64,000 bases of DNA, from contig DUUL01000039.1 of NCBI GenBank assembly GCA_012841575.1, forward strand, positions 38,954 to 102,953, in the 5' to 3' direction. The stretch comes from Candidatus Moraniibacteriota bacterium (lineage in GTDB: Bacteria > Patescibacteriota > Minisyncoccia > Moranbacterales > DUUL01). The first letter of the stretch is position 1. Each line of letters starts with the position of its first letter. This document shows positions 46,038-56,112 of this stretch, piece by piece. The notes beneath the pieces are model-generated. The model saw only the letters and a program-made list of their open reading frames with translations. It did no database searches and was not told the DNA's origin. Both the position numbers and the translations under genes were made by a program.

Positions 46038-46745
46038 ATGAAACAAGAAAAACCAATTATTATTTCACTGGGAGGATCTTTAATTGTGCCAGACAAGATT
46101 GACTGGAGATTTTTAAAAAAATTCAGAAAAGTGATTGTTTCTCAGATAAATAAGGGAAAGAAGTTTGTTATTATTGCTGGTGGTGGGAAAACTTGCCGAA
46201 ACTATCAAGCAGCGGCTGATAAAGTGGTTAAGCTCACAAATGATGATATGGATTGGTTGGGAATTCACGCTACTCGACTTAATGCCCACTTAATCAAAAC
46301 TATCTTTCGTCGTTATGCCCATCCTCGTATCAACAAAAACCCTCGCACTAAAGAAGATCTAAGGAAACATTTTTCTAAACAAGAAAAAATTATGGTCGCT
46401 GCTGGTTGGAGACCAGGCTGGTCTACAGACTTCGTAGCCACCATTTTAGCTGAACGCTTGGGAGCAAAAACAGTGATTAACCTTTCTAATATAAAATATG
46501 CTTATGATAAAGATCCAAATAAATTCAAAGATGCTAAGAAAATTGAGAAAATAAATTGGACTGACTTTCGTAAAATTGTCGGCAATAAGTGGAATCCTGG
46601 CGCTAATTTACCGTTTGATCCAATTGCCTCAAAAGAAGCAGAAAAACAAGGGCTGAAAGTGATAATTGCAGATGGCAAAAACATTGAAAATCTAAAAGAC
46701 ATCTTTAATAATAAAGCTTTCAAAGGAACAACTATTGAAAATTAA
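46038..46745 (+). CDS. pyrH: UMP kinase, archaeal type
   Basis: ISLGGS, GGG..RNY, DWLGIHATRLNA, PGWSTD, YDKDP, PFDPIA. Confidence 0.92.
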   Translation: MKQEKPIIISLGGSLIVPDKIDWRFLKKFRKVIVSQINKGKKFVIIAGGGKTCRNYQAAADKVVKLTNDDMDWLGIHATRLNAHLIKTIFRRYAHPRINKNPRTKEDLRKHFSKQEKIMVAAGWRPGWSTDFVATILAERLGAKTVINLSNIKYAYDKDPNKFKDAKKIEKINWTDFRKIVGNKWNPGANLPFDPIASKEAEKQGLKVIIADGKNIENLKDIFNNKAFKGTTIEN

Positions 46746-46756
46746 GTCTGATAAAA

Positions 46757-47878
46757 CTACTTAGACTTGACGCCTAAAGTAAAGGTTTCTTTCTTCAACT
46801 TTTTTGCTTTTTCAATTTCTTTTTTTTGAGAAGAGGGAAGTGTCTCTGCGACCTTTTTTAATTTACTCTCATTTAGCTTAAGCACACTTAACCATCGCTT
46901 TTCACCCAAAATTCTCCTTAAAGAAGCCTCATCATACTCAAAAGTCTTTCTATATCTTTTGGTGATAGAGCCTTGTGAGCTGAATAATTGTTCAACTTCT
47001 TCATTTTCCATTATTTCATCAATCTTAGATTTGACTTCGGCAAAGCGTTTTTTGTTTGACTTGATTTTATAATATAACTCGATGTATTCATTAATAACCT
47101 CTTCCTGTTTTACAGAATCAACATCCTCTTTCTTAAACTTGTGCTTCCACATTGGACAAGTTTTTTGATAGCCACACCAGTCACACAATGGATTTATTAC
47201 AGCAGGGAAGTCTGATTTTTCAATCTCCCCAATCAAATCAAGAATCAATGTCTTCCCTTCTTTAATTCTTTTTTCGTCTAAAACAGCGGTTAGCTTGGCT
47301 TGATGGTGCAGAAAAAATAAAGACAGCTTAATGTTCTTAAGATTTTTTTGCTCTTCTGGGTAGCGTTTTAAAAGAGCAAGTAGATAAATAAATAGTTGCA
47401 AATCATTTTCAACCAATTCTTGTGAGGGCATTTTTTTGGCTGTTTTATAGTCAATAATTTCAAAGCCATCTTCTGTTTTGTCAATTCGATCAATTGAACC
47501 AGAGATTATATGTTCTACTCCTTTTTCATCTTTAATTTCAACTGAAAAGTATGACTCAAGGGCCACAATTTTGGCTTCATCTGGTCTAAATTTTCTATAA
47601 TACCCCTGTATAATTTTAACACCCTGAGCAAAAGCAGCGCGCTCCTGCATAGGATCATCAAAGACATCAGAGTTCCATTTTGATGAAAAATGATTAAGAG
47701 CATCTTTTTCTGATGGAGGAAGAAACCCACCTTGATGGATAAACTTCATAGTACCATGAATCAGAGTCCCAAAAAAAGCCTCAGGACCCTTAGGTGTTTT
47801 TATTCTATCAATCTCTTGAAATTTATACTTCAGTGGGCAAGATCGAAAGGTGTTTAATGAAGAGTAGGAGGTATTCAT
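46757..47878 (-). CDS. PD-(D/E)XK nuclease, RecB/AddB/Cas4-like, with 4-Cys Fe-S staple and C-terminal helical extension
   Basis: SYSSL..F.SCP, GTLIH, GSIDRID, IIDYKT, QL..Y, CDWCGYQKTCP. Confidence 0.9.
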   Translation of the reverse strand: MNTSYSSLNTFRSCPLKYKFQEIDRIKTPKGPEAFFGTLIHGTMKFIHQGGFLPPSEKDALNHFSSKWNSDVFDDPMQERAAFAQGVKIIQGYYRKFRPDEAKIVALESYFSVEIKDEKGVEHIISGSIDRIDKTEDGFEIIDYKTAKKMPSQELVENDLQLFIYLLALLKRYPEEQKNLKNIKLSLFFLHHQAKLTAVLDEKRIKEGKTLILDLIGEIEKSDFPAVINPLCDWCGYQKTCPMWKHKFKKEDVDSVKQEEVINEYIELYYKIKSNKKRFAEVKSKIDEIMENEEVEQLFSSQGSITKRYRKTFEYDEASLRRILGEKRWLSVLKLNESKLKKVAETLPSSQKKEIEKAKKLKKETFTLGVKSK

Positions 47879-48116
47879 ATTTTATATTTGTTAAATTAAT
47901 GCTTACAACTAATTAGACTTGTCTTATTTGATCATCTAATTGTTTAACTATAGCTTATTAGAGTTTAACTCATAACTCTCTAAATAGCTATTCGGCGATT
48001 GCTTTTTTAAGACAACGTCGTAAAAGATACATTGTGCGACGTTCTACATATTTTTATAAAGAGGTGCTACCTCTTGTAATTATGCCTTATTTTTTTATTT
48101 AAACTATCACTATCTT

Positions 48117-48308
48117 TTATTCCTCTTCCGGTCTGGGAATTTGTCCCGAGTCGAAAAACCACTGGGCGCTTTCCAGTTTCTCTGCCTCTGTTCTGTTCGC
48201 TAATTGCTGATTGAGTTCTTTCACTTTCTTGTTGTATTCCTCTTCACTTAGAATCCAATCTTTTGGTGGCTTCCAGACTTGCGATGATTTTTCTTCTGGT
48301 CTTTTCAT
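48117..48308 (-). CDS. small hypothetical protein (63 aa)
   Basis: ATG with A-rich context directly downstream of a consensus promoter; protein-like composition. Confidence 0.6.
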   Translation of the reverse strand: MKRPEEKSSQVWKPPKDWILSEEEYNKKVKELNQQLANRTEAEKLESAQWFFDSGQIPRPEEE

Positions 48309-48347
48309 TGATTTTTAAATACTTAAGTTCATTAAGAAACTCTTTTA

Positions 48348-48376
48348 ATTATAACTTATTTTACTGAAATTGTCAA
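48348..48376 (-). promoter_or_regulatory. perfect-consensus sigma70 promoter
   Basis: TTGACA (48376-48371)-N17-TATAAT (48353-48348). Confidence 0.85.
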
Positions 48377-48441
48377 TAGTTTCACTTTTTAAAACTGCAC
48401 ATAATTTCATCAAACATAGATAGCCAACAGGCTAAAGCACT

Positions 48442-49803
48442 CTATTTCTTTTTGTAAATGATCATTTGATCTATCTCTGAAGAAGTATTATAGACAGCAC
48501 TAACTAATTTTTTAGATGTTTCAAGGAATATATTTGCCCCAAATAAAGGATCGTGCACAACATATTTACCACGATCATCCTTAGAATGAATTACTACATA
48601 GTGTCCAGCTCCAGTGGAAGAACGAATGAATACAATAACTGGATTTTTTTGCGCCAATTCCCTATCAACCTGGCTCCAATTAATATTGCCATGCGCTTGA
48701 TCAGAAATAAGTGTCAATTTCTTCTTCCGCTCCTTTGGCCACTCCTTTGGCCATACAATTAAATCTCGATCATAAATTGATTCAGACGAAAGTTCACCTG
48801 GAGTAATTTTTTCCTTGTGGTAAGTGAAAACCATTGAAACCGCTGAAATTGCACAGCCATAATCTTTTAATAAAGAAGATGAAAGTCCAATTCTCTTATA
48901 ACCCCAACGATCATCATCTTGAGCATAGTACCAACTATTAGATGCCAAGCCACTCTTCGGCTTGGGGGAGTTTTTAATAATTGCTAAGCTTTCACCAGAA
49001 AAAGACTCTCTTCCTCCAATCAGTTCCTTTTTTTGAGCCTCAACACGACTAAGTAAGTCTTGATATTTAGCCTCCTCTCCTTGCGTTTTATCCAATAAAA
49101 CTTCCTTGCTTAACTTTTCATTGTTTAAATAAAAAACCTTTTCGTTTAAATCCTGTTTCTTCCCCTCCAATTCATCCTTCTTTTTTTTATGTGTGCCTCT
49201 TTCTTCCTCGAGCGCTTTTTTCTGTAAGGCAATCTCAGTCAACTGCTTATTGATTTTGCTAGAAGTTTGATTAAGATATTCTGCTTGATTAAGACTTTCG
49301 GTTAGGCCGTCTTCTTTGGGGGAAAGTAGGTGAAATAATGACTCCTTGTCTAATTGGTAATAGATTTTTAAGGCTTCCTTTAGGTTTTTTTTGGTTTGTT
49401 CTAATACTTTTTCTCTTTGGCTTATTTCTCTTTCCACCAAATTGACATCTTCTGTCTTCTGTTGAATATTTTTCTCTGTCAGTCTAATGTCATTTGAGAA
49501 ATTATCTGTTTGAATTTCAATTAGCTCTAATTGATTACTCAATGTTTTTTGCTGTTGTTGTTTTAAATCAATTAAGTCACGATATTTTTTTGCCTTTTCT
49601 TCTAACTCATCAATCGCCTCTTCATTATCAGCATTATCACTGTTTGTCGCAGAGTTATTTTGTTGTCCTCGTGCACTTTCTGGGATAGCCAAAACATTTC
49701 TAGAAGAATTCCCTCCAGGAGAAATTAAAAAAACCGACAGAGCAAATATAAAAATTGTCTGAGTTACCCCTTTTTTTATTTTTTTATTTAATAGCCCACT
49801 CAT
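48442..49803 (-). CDS. exported coiled-coil protein (PcsB/CwlO-like stalk) with C-terminal C39-like cysteine peptidase domain
   Basis: N-terminal hydrophobic segment, ~200-aa coiled coil, YAQDDDRW, GCAISAVSM, GHYVVI, HDP. Confidence 0.82.
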   Translation of the reverse strand: MSGLLNKKIKKGVTQTIFIFALSVFLISPGGNSSRNVLAIPESARGQQNNSATNSDNADNEEAIDELEEKAKKYRDLIDLKQQQQKTLSNQLELIEIQTDNFSNDIRLTEKNIQQKTEDVNLVEREISQREKVLEQTKKNLKEALKIYYQLDKESLFHLLSPKEDGLTESLNQAEYLNQTSSKINKQLTEIALQKKALEEERGTHKKKKDELEGKKQDLNEKVFYLNNEKLSKEVLLDKTQGEEAKYQDLLSRVEAQKKELIGGRESFSGESLAIIKNSPKPKSGLASNSWYYAQDDDRWGYKRIGLSSSLLKDYGCAISAVSMVFTYHKEKITPGELSSESIYDRDLIVWPKEWPKERKKKLTLISDQAHGNINWSQVDRELAQKNPVIVFIRSSTGAGHYVVIHSKDDRGKYVVHDPLFGANIFLETSKKLVSAVYNTSSEIDQMIIYKKK

Positions 49804-49860
49804 TTATTTTTAAGTTTACTTTTGTTTAATTTCATCTTTATTTTAACACTTTAAAATAAT

Positions 49861-51357
49861 TTAGCCATTCAACTCAATCGATTTTATTGCTTTTTCTAAT
49901 CTACTGATAGTCTCATCCTTTCCTAGAACCCAAGCAATTTCAAAGGGACTTGGGCTTTTTTTTGCTCCAGAAACTGCTACTCGAAGTGGCCACAATAAAG
50001 CACCTCTGTCACTACTATCTGCAATTTTTAGTAACTCTGCTTGCAATTTAGCCACATTAAAATCTTCTTCAGCTAAATCGCTTAGGAGATCTAACGATTT
50101 TTTTAAAGACTCTATTAACTCAACTTCAGTCATTTTCTTCCATAATAACATCTTAACATCTGGTTGAGGTGCTTTGAAATAAAAATCAATATTTTCAACA
50201 ATATCAGAAAGCTTTTTTACTCTCCCCTTCTCTACCTCAACAATTTTAACTAATTTATCATCATTTGTTTTAATATTATTTTTGGCTAGATATTCTTCTA
50301 GATATGGTCGACATAAAGCCAAAAATTCCTCATTAGTTTTTTGTTTAATGTAATGAGCATTCATCCAATCCAACTTTTTATAATCGAAAACTGCTCCAGC
50401 TTTATGCAAGCCTTCTGGATTAAAAGCTTTTTCTAGTTCTGCTAATGAGAAGTATTCCTGCTCTGTTTTTGGATTCCAACCTAAAAGTGCAATGAAATTA
50501 ACTAACGCTTCTGGAAGATAGCCTTTTTTCATAAATTCATCAACACTCACATCGCCACTTCGCTTGGATAATTTTTTGCGGTTTCCTCCTAAAATATTTG
50601 GCACATGAACAAATTTGGGCAACTCCCAGTTAAAAAATTTGTAAAGCAAAATATGTTTGGGTGTACTTGGTAGCCAATCCTCTCCTCGAACTACGTGAGA
50701 AATTTTCATTAAATAATCATCCACCACCACTGCTAAATGATAAGTCGGAAAGCCATCTGCTTTAATTAAAACCTGATCATCTACTGTTTCCGATTTAATC
50801 GAAATTTTACCATAAACCTCATCTTTAAATTCGATTAGCTCACCTCTTGGCACATTTAAACGGACAACGTGCTTCTCTCCTGCTGTTAATCTTTTCTCAA
50901 CTTCTTCTGAAGATAGGCTTAGACAATGCTTGTCATACATCGGCGCTTCCCTTCTTGCCTGCTGTTCCTCTCTTAACTCTGCCAACCTTTCTCTGCTACA
51001 AAAACAATGATAAGCATGGCCTTTATTTATTAATTCTTGAGTGTGTTTTTGGTAAAGCTCCAAGCGCTTTGATTGCACATAAGGCCCAAAGTCTCCCTTT
51101 TCAACAAAACCCTCCCCTTCTGCTGCAACAACACCCTCATCTACTTTAATTTTAACCCAATTTAAAGTCTCAAGAATCTTTTCGATAGAACCGGGTACTA
51201 ACCGAGCCTGGTCAGTGTCCTCAATTCTTAGCAAAAAGTCACCTTGTTCTTTTTTAGCTAAAAGATAGGCATAAAGAGCGGTGCGCAAATTACCAATGTG
51301 AATGTACCCTGTTGGTGAAGGTGCAAAACGAATTCTAGTTTTTTTAAAATTATTCAT
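49861..51357 (-). CDS. gltX: glutamate--tRNA ligase
   Basis: RFAPSPTGYIHIGN, RIEDTD, RGEDW, KLSKR. Confidence 0.98.
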   Translation of the reverse strand: MNNFKKTRIRFAPSPTGYIHIGNLRTALYAYLLAKKEQGDFLLRIEDTDQARLVPGSIEKILETLNWVKIKVDEGVVAAEGEGFVEKGDFGPYVQSKRLELYQKHTQELINKGHAYHCFCSRERLAELREEQQARREAPMYDKHCLSLSSEEVEKRLTAGEKHVVRLNVPRGELIEFKDEVYGKISIKSETVDDQVLIKADGFPTYHLAVVVDDYLMKISHVVRGEDWLPSTPKHILLYKFFNWELPKFVHVPNILGGNRKKLSKRSGDVSVDEFMKKGYLPEALVNFIALLGWNPKTEQEYFSLAELEKAFNPEGLHKAGAVFDYKKLDWMNAHYIKQKTNEEFLALCRPYLEEYLAKNNIKTNDDKLVKIVEVEKGRVKKLSDIVENIDFYFKAPQPDVKMLLWKKMTEVELIESLKKSLDLLSDLAEEDFNVAKLQAELLKIADSSDRGALLWPLRVAVSGAKKSPSPFEIAWVLGKDETISRLEKAIKSIELNG

Positions 51358-51374
51358 TAAAATAAATTATTTTA

Positions 51375-51956
51375 TTACCAAATATCAACCCCCATCTTTT
51401 TTAAATGTAAATATAGCTTCGTTAAAGGAAAGCCAATGATTGAATAGAAATCACCTTTAATTTCCTTCATGAGAACTGCACCTTTATTCATAAGCCCATA
51501 TGCTCCTGCCATTTCCAACGGTTCTTTGGTGGCAATATAGCTGTCAACTTCCTCATCTGTGAATTTTCTAAAAACAACCTTAGCCCAACCAAAATCAGTT
51601 ATTTCTTTGCCGCTTTTTGTGTCAATAATTGCTAAGCCAGAATAAGCTTTATTGGTATTTCCAGACAATTGTTTTAAAAGTTCCCTTGCCTCATTTTCAT
51701 CTTTTGGTTTTCCAATAATTCTCCCCTGAAAGCTAATCACTGAATCAGCCGCGATCACAATGGTATTTTTGTAGTGTCTAGCCACATCTCGTGCTTTCTC
51801 TAAGGCCAAAATTTGTACTAAATCTCCAGGCTCCTTGTGAGCTAACATATCCTCTTTATAATCACTTTCTCTAATTTCAAATTCACTGATTCCAATTTGC
51901 TTTAACAATCTTTTCCTACGACTAGACTGAGAGGCCAAAACTATCTTTCTTTTCAT
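51375..51956 (-). CDS. maf: Maf family nucleotide pyrophosphatase
   Basis: VLASQSSRR, IAADS, GKP, AGAY, IIGFP. Confidence 0.93.
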   Translation of the reverse strand: MKRKIVLASQSSRRKRLLKQIGISEFEIRESDYKEDMLAHKEPGDLVQILALEKARDVARHYKNTIVIAADSVISFQGRIIGKPKDENEARELLKQLSGNTNKAYSGLAIIDTKSGKEITDFGWAKVVFRKFTDEEVDSYIATKEPLEMAGAYGLMNKGAVLMKEIKGDFYSIIGFPLTKLYLHLKKMGVDIW

Positions 51957-51963
51957 AAAATAG

Positions 51964-52707
51964 CTAATTAAATAAAACCTTGAACAAAAAAACTCCTGTT
52001 GAGCGCCAAATTTTTCTGACTCTTTGCCACCTAAAACTACGCTCTCCTTTTGGCAATAAAAATAATCTCCCCAACCACTCCAGTCCTAGCTTTTGCATCC
52101 ACCTTGGCGCCCGTTTTTTACGCCCCGTCCAAAAATCAAAGGTTCCTCCCACTCCTATTGCTAGTTTTAAATTAGGCAGCTGTTGTTTAATTTCAAAAAT
52201 AAACTCTTCTTGCTCTGGAGCACCTAAACCTACCAGTAAAATCTCCTTTTCTTGTAAATTTTTACTCATTATTTCGCTCTTTGCACCACTCCAGGCAAAT
52301 AGCTCTACTTTCTTATTTTTAAAAAACCTCTCCAAATCACTCCGACTACTTAATCCTTCTTCTCGGTAAATAATCCCGATTTTTAAATTATTTTCCAGTC
52401 CTTTCTTTAAAATATACTCCGCTAAATCAACTCCTGTAAGCCTGCACCCCGTCTTAAGCCTTTTAATGATCCCAGCTAATTTCAGTCCAAAACCATCAGT
52501 AACCCGTAAAGAAAAGTTGTTCAGTATTTCAGCATATCTTGAATTATCTTTAGCTAACAATAAAATTTCTGGATTAAGAGTTGCAATAGTTAGCACACTC
52601 GACGCTTGCAAATTTAATGCCTCATCAATTAGAAGATAAGTCTCTTCTTTCGAATAATTTCCCAATTTAACTCCCCATAGCTGATTTCCTGACATTCTTT
52701 TTATCAC
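51964..52707 (-). CDS. WecB/TagA/CpsF family glycosyltransferase (start may be ATG 52695)
   Basis: TLNPE, DGFG, GVDL, VGLGAPEQE, GVGGTFD, RAP..Q.LGLEW. Confidence 0.92.
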   Translation of the reverse strand: MIKRMSGNQLWGVKLGNYSKEETYLLIDEALNLQASSVLTIATLNPEILLLAKDNSRYAEILNNFSLRVTDGFGLKLAGIIKRLKTGCRLTGVDLAEYILKKGLENNLKIGIIYREEGLSSRSDLERFFKNKKVELFAWSGAKSEIMSKNLQEKEILLVGLGAPEQEEFIFEIKQQLPNLKLAIGVGGTFDFWTGRKKRAPRWMQKLGLEWLGRLFLLPKGERSFRWQRVRKIWRSTGVFLFKVLFN

Positions 52708-53743
52708 GAATTATTTTTGAATTCAAAACATCATTGATAAGAACGCCCATTATTGTTGCCACCGGAACTGCCAGAAAAAGCCCGAGAAACCCACCAATCT
52801 TAGAGCCAATAAATAGCGCAATAATTATCACTACTGGACTTAATCCAACAGCTTTACTCATCACCAAGGGCGTAAGAAAATTTCCTTGTATTTGTTGAGC
52901 AATAAGATAGGAAACTCCAACAAAAACCGCAACCCACGGAGAAACAGTCAAGGCTGCAATGACAGCCAGGAAAGTTGAAACAATTGGTCCCAAAAATGGA
53001 ATAATCTCCATTAGTCCGCCAATTAAAGCAATTGTTGTAGCATAAGGGACATCAAAAATGTTCAAGATAATTAAGTTTAAAGCAAAAACTGAAAGCATCA
53101 AGGCTAGCTGTCCCAAAAGCCAACGTCCTATTTTTTGCTCAATGCGCTCTATTAAGTTAAATACGTATTTACGATATTGATTTGGTACAGTTGAGTTAAC
53201 TAAATGACTCATCCCATCTTTATAAGTAACCATATAAAAAACCAAAGCAAAAACCATAATGACTTGGAAAATTAGCCCCAAGGAAGAAATTGTGCCAGAA
53301 AAAATATTAGATATAATGTTGCCTGTTTGCTCTGGAAGTTGGCTAATTACTTTTTCTGCCCCCGATAGCTGACTGGAATTTATAGCCGCTGGATCAAAAA
53401 CCTTATTGATAAATTGCTCCATTGAATCAAAGGCCTGTGGCAGTGTTTCCACTATCTGCCTCGACTCTCTGGCTAACTGAGGAATAATAGAATAGACAAC
53501 CAAGCTTAGTATGCCAAAAAATAAGAGGAAAATTAAGGTGGTTGTTAATATTCTAGGAATTTTTTTTGCCTCCATTTTGTTAACAATCGGCAAAATGGCG
53601 CTAGAAATTATAATAGCCAACAATAAAAGCAATAAAACATCCCTAATAAAATAAAGGAAAAAAATTAAAACAATAATCCCAATAATTTTCCAAACTGAAG
53701 CAGCGGATATGTTAATTGATATTTCTTGCTTGCTCTTTTTCAT
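52667..53743 (-). CDS. AI-2E family transporter
   Basis: WLLGQL, IIPFLGP, QQIQGNFLTP, G.LGLFLAVP. Confidence 0.92.
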   Translation of the reverse strand: MKKSKQEISINISAASVWKIIGIIVLIFFLYFIRDVLLLLLLAIIISSAILPIVNKMEAKKIPRILTTTLIFLLFFGILSLVVYSIIPQLARESRQIVETLPQAFDSMEQFINKVFDPAAINSSQLSGAEKVISQLPEQTGNIISNIFSGTISSLGLIFQVIMVFALVFYMVTYKDGMSHLVNSTVPNQYRKYVFNLIERIEQKIGRWLLGQLALMLSVFALNLIILNIFDVPYATTIALIGGLMEIIPFLGPIVSTFLAVIAALTVSPWVAVFVGVSYLIAQQIQGNFLTPLVMSKAVGLSPVVIIIALFIGSKIGGFLGLFLAVPVATIMGVLINDVLNSKIIRDKKNVRKSAMGS

Positions 53744-53758
53744 TTTATTAAATTTTAC

Positions 53759-55033
53759 TTAAAATTTTTCAAGCAAACCCTTCAATTTGTTGCTTTGTTT
53801 TGAAACCGGACCAATAGCCGCCAAATTCAAAGTTTGACTTTTTATAATTTTCTGAGCAAGATTCATTATCTCCTCCTGAGAAACTGCATCTATTTGCTCA
53901 ACAATGTCTTGGGGTTTTCTTATCTTCTTCTCATAAAGCTCTTGCTCGCCCAAAAAAGAGGCGACTGAGTTAGATGACTCTAGGCCCATCAGTAAAGCTC
54001 CTTTGATCTGCTCTTTTGCTTTCCTTAACTCTTTTTGAGAAACTTTCTTTTCTGCTATCTTCCTAAACTCTTCTAAAATAAGCTTGATTGTTTTGTTTAT
54101 GTTTTCATGTTTTACTCCCGCAAAAGCTGCCAAGTAACCACAGTCTGTGTAACGCTCAGCAGTAGTTGACACATAATAAGCTAGACCGTGTTTCTCTCTA
54201 ATCCGCTCAAACATTCGACTACTCATTCCCCCACCCAGTATTGTAGACAAAACTGATTGAGTGTAGCGATCTTGGCTGTATAAATTTGGTCCATGAAAGC
54301 CAATGACTAAATGAGTCTGATCAGTTTCCTTCTCAAAAACTTCAAGCCTTGGTTTTCTTTGCGACAACTTAATTTTTTTAAGCTGCACTGGAACTCGTCT
54401 CTTTTTTTGAGAGAAAAGTTTTTCCACTAACTTCAGTGTTTTCTCTTCATCAAACTTTCCAGCAACAACTACTACAGTTGAAGTTGTACGGTAATTTTGT
54501 GACAAATAATCAACAAAATTCTTTCGTCTAATTGACTGAATGACGTTCTCTAATCCAATAATCTGAAAACCCATTGCCTCGTTTGGAAACAACATTCCTT
54601 CAAAAATATCCCAAACATAACGTTGAGGCAAATCAAGATACATTGATTTTTCTTGCAAAATAACTCCGCGCTCCACATCAATATCACTTTGTCGCAATAG
54701 AGAATTGTGAAAAGCATCACTCATTATATCCAGAGCTAATTCAATTTTTTTTGCAGGCGTTTTAATATAATAGCCCGTTTCTTCTTTAGATGTATAAGCA
54801 TTGCTAATGCCACCAGTTCCGTCTAAAAGTTCGTTAATTATTTTATAACTAGGTCGACGTTTAGTTCCCTTAAAAAAAAGGTGTTCTAGAAAATGAGAGA
54901 CTCCATTATTTTCAATTGTCTCATTGCGTGAACCAGCTTGCACTAAAATCTGAACAGTAACAGTTTCTGTTTCTTGCATTGGAGCCATAATTACCCGAGT
55001 ACCATTTTTAAGAATGTGCTTTGAGTATTTCAT
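53759..55033 (-). CDS. M16 family zinc peptidase
   Basis: HFLEH (HxxEH), NAYT, ERGVILQE, LGGGMSSRMF..IRE..GLAY. Confidence 0.95.
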   Translation of the reverse strand: MKYSKHILKNGTRVIMAPMQETETVTVQILVQAGSRNETIENNGVSHFLEHLFFKGTKRRPSYKIINELLDGTGGISNAYTSKEETGYYIKTPAKKIELALDIMSDAFHNSLLRQSDIDVERGVILQEKSMYLDLPQRYVWDIFEGMLFPNEAMGFQIIGLENVIQSIRRKNFVDYLSQNYRTTSTVVVVAGKFDEEKTLKLVEKLFSQKKRRVPVQLKKIKLSQRKPRLEVFEKETDQTHLVIGFHGPNLYSQDRYTQSVLSTILGGGMSSRMFERIREKHGLAYYVSTTAERYTDCGYLAAFAGVKHENINKTIKLILEEFRKIAEKKVSQKELRKAKEQIKGALLMGLESSNSVASFLGEQELYEKKIRKPQDIVEQIDAVSQEEIMNLAQKIIKSQTLNLAAIGPVSKQSNKLKGLLEKF

Positions 55034-55041
55034 GATTTTGC

Positions 55042-55983
55042 CTATTTTTTTCTTTTAACTCTAATTAAACCCCCAAACGGAACCACTTCTACACCCTTCT
55101 TTTCAATTTCATCCAAAATCAAATTCATTCCAATTGAATCAGAGGAGATATGACCAGCAATAACAACATTAATATTTGCTTTTTCTGCAGCTTTTCGATG
55201 TCTCTCGCTTTGGTGCATGCCAATTATAGTTCCGACTCCTGCATTCGCCATAGCGTCGTAGATCTCATTAGAACCTTCAGTGCCTCCTGTCATTTCAGAA
55301 ACAGCCACCTGACCACAACGATTATTTTCATTGCCAGAAAAAATCATTGGTCCACCTCCTTGCCTCTTGGCAATCTGATATTCTTCAATTTCCATCAATG
55401 AATTAATAATATCCGAAACATACCGCGGCTTAGCTTTGGCTATTTTCTTGGTTACAAATTGAAAAACGCTATTGTCTGCTGGGGTATGCACATTAATCAA
55501 GCTAACTCCAGCCAAGCGTGCTGCATCGACAACTGCATAGTGATTGCTCGGATTAATCCCTCGTGCCACTTCAGAAATTCTCTTATGAATCATCTTTTCT
55601 GCAATATTTACTGGAATACCTAACTGCTCCATTAAATCAACTTGCAAGCTCATAACATCATCTAACCCTGCTAAAGCCAAACCAACTGGATGATGGTTGA
55701 AAATTAAGTCCGCTCCTAGCTCTCGAGCTAATAAAATTGAACCAGGCGTCACGTCAATCGAAGCAAAAATTTTCTTTACTTTCTTTCCACTGTCAAAATG
55801 AATCCTACTATCACTAAAAGGATTTGTAATTTGCTCACGATCAAAATAAGTTTTTTCCTCTTTGGATAATTTTGAATAATTTTCTTTCTTACGCTCTAAG
55901 TAAGCGTCTACCTCTTTCTTACTTCGAATATCGTTTTTGATACCGATTTTAATTGAAAGATCATAAATTTCTTTAACCTTCAT
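55042..55983 (-). CDS. NIF3 (NGG1p-interacting factor 3)-like metal-binding protein
   Basis: HHP, HTPADN, GGTEG, MH, AGHISSDS.G. Confidence 0.85.
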   Translation of the reverse strand: MKVKEIYDLSIKIGIKNDIRSKKEVDAYLERKKENYSKLSKEEKTYFDREQITNPFSDSRIHFDSGKKVKKIFASIDVTPGSILLARELGADLIFNHHPVGLALAGLDDVMSLQVDLMEQLGIPVNIAEKMIHKRISEVARGINPSNHYAVVDAARLAGVSLINVHTPADNSVFQFVTKKIAKAKPRYVSDIINSLMEIEEYQIAKRQGGGPMIFSGNENNRCGQVAVSEMTGGTEGSNEIYDAMANAGVGTIIGMHQSERHRKAAEKANINVVIAGHISSDSIGMNLILDEIEKKGVEVVPFGGLIRVKRKK

Positions 55984-56112
55984 TTTTTATAAAATTTTTA
56001 TCATTAAAACTAAGAGTCTAAAAACTCTGCTAAATGTCACTTTAGCATTTTTGAAAGCATTTTACAAGCTCAAAGAGGGCTTGGCTTTAAAAAAATAAAA
56101 CTGACTCAAGAA

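Noticed and set aside
46700-46800. Gene-strand switch as replication terminus with a dif site
   Set aside because: No convincing dif-like 28-mer found; a cumulative GC-skew calculation on the whole replicon is needed
46757-48116. CRISPR-Cas4 locus
   Set aside because: No repeat-spacer array and no other cas genes; hairpins in the spacer are not repeats of each other
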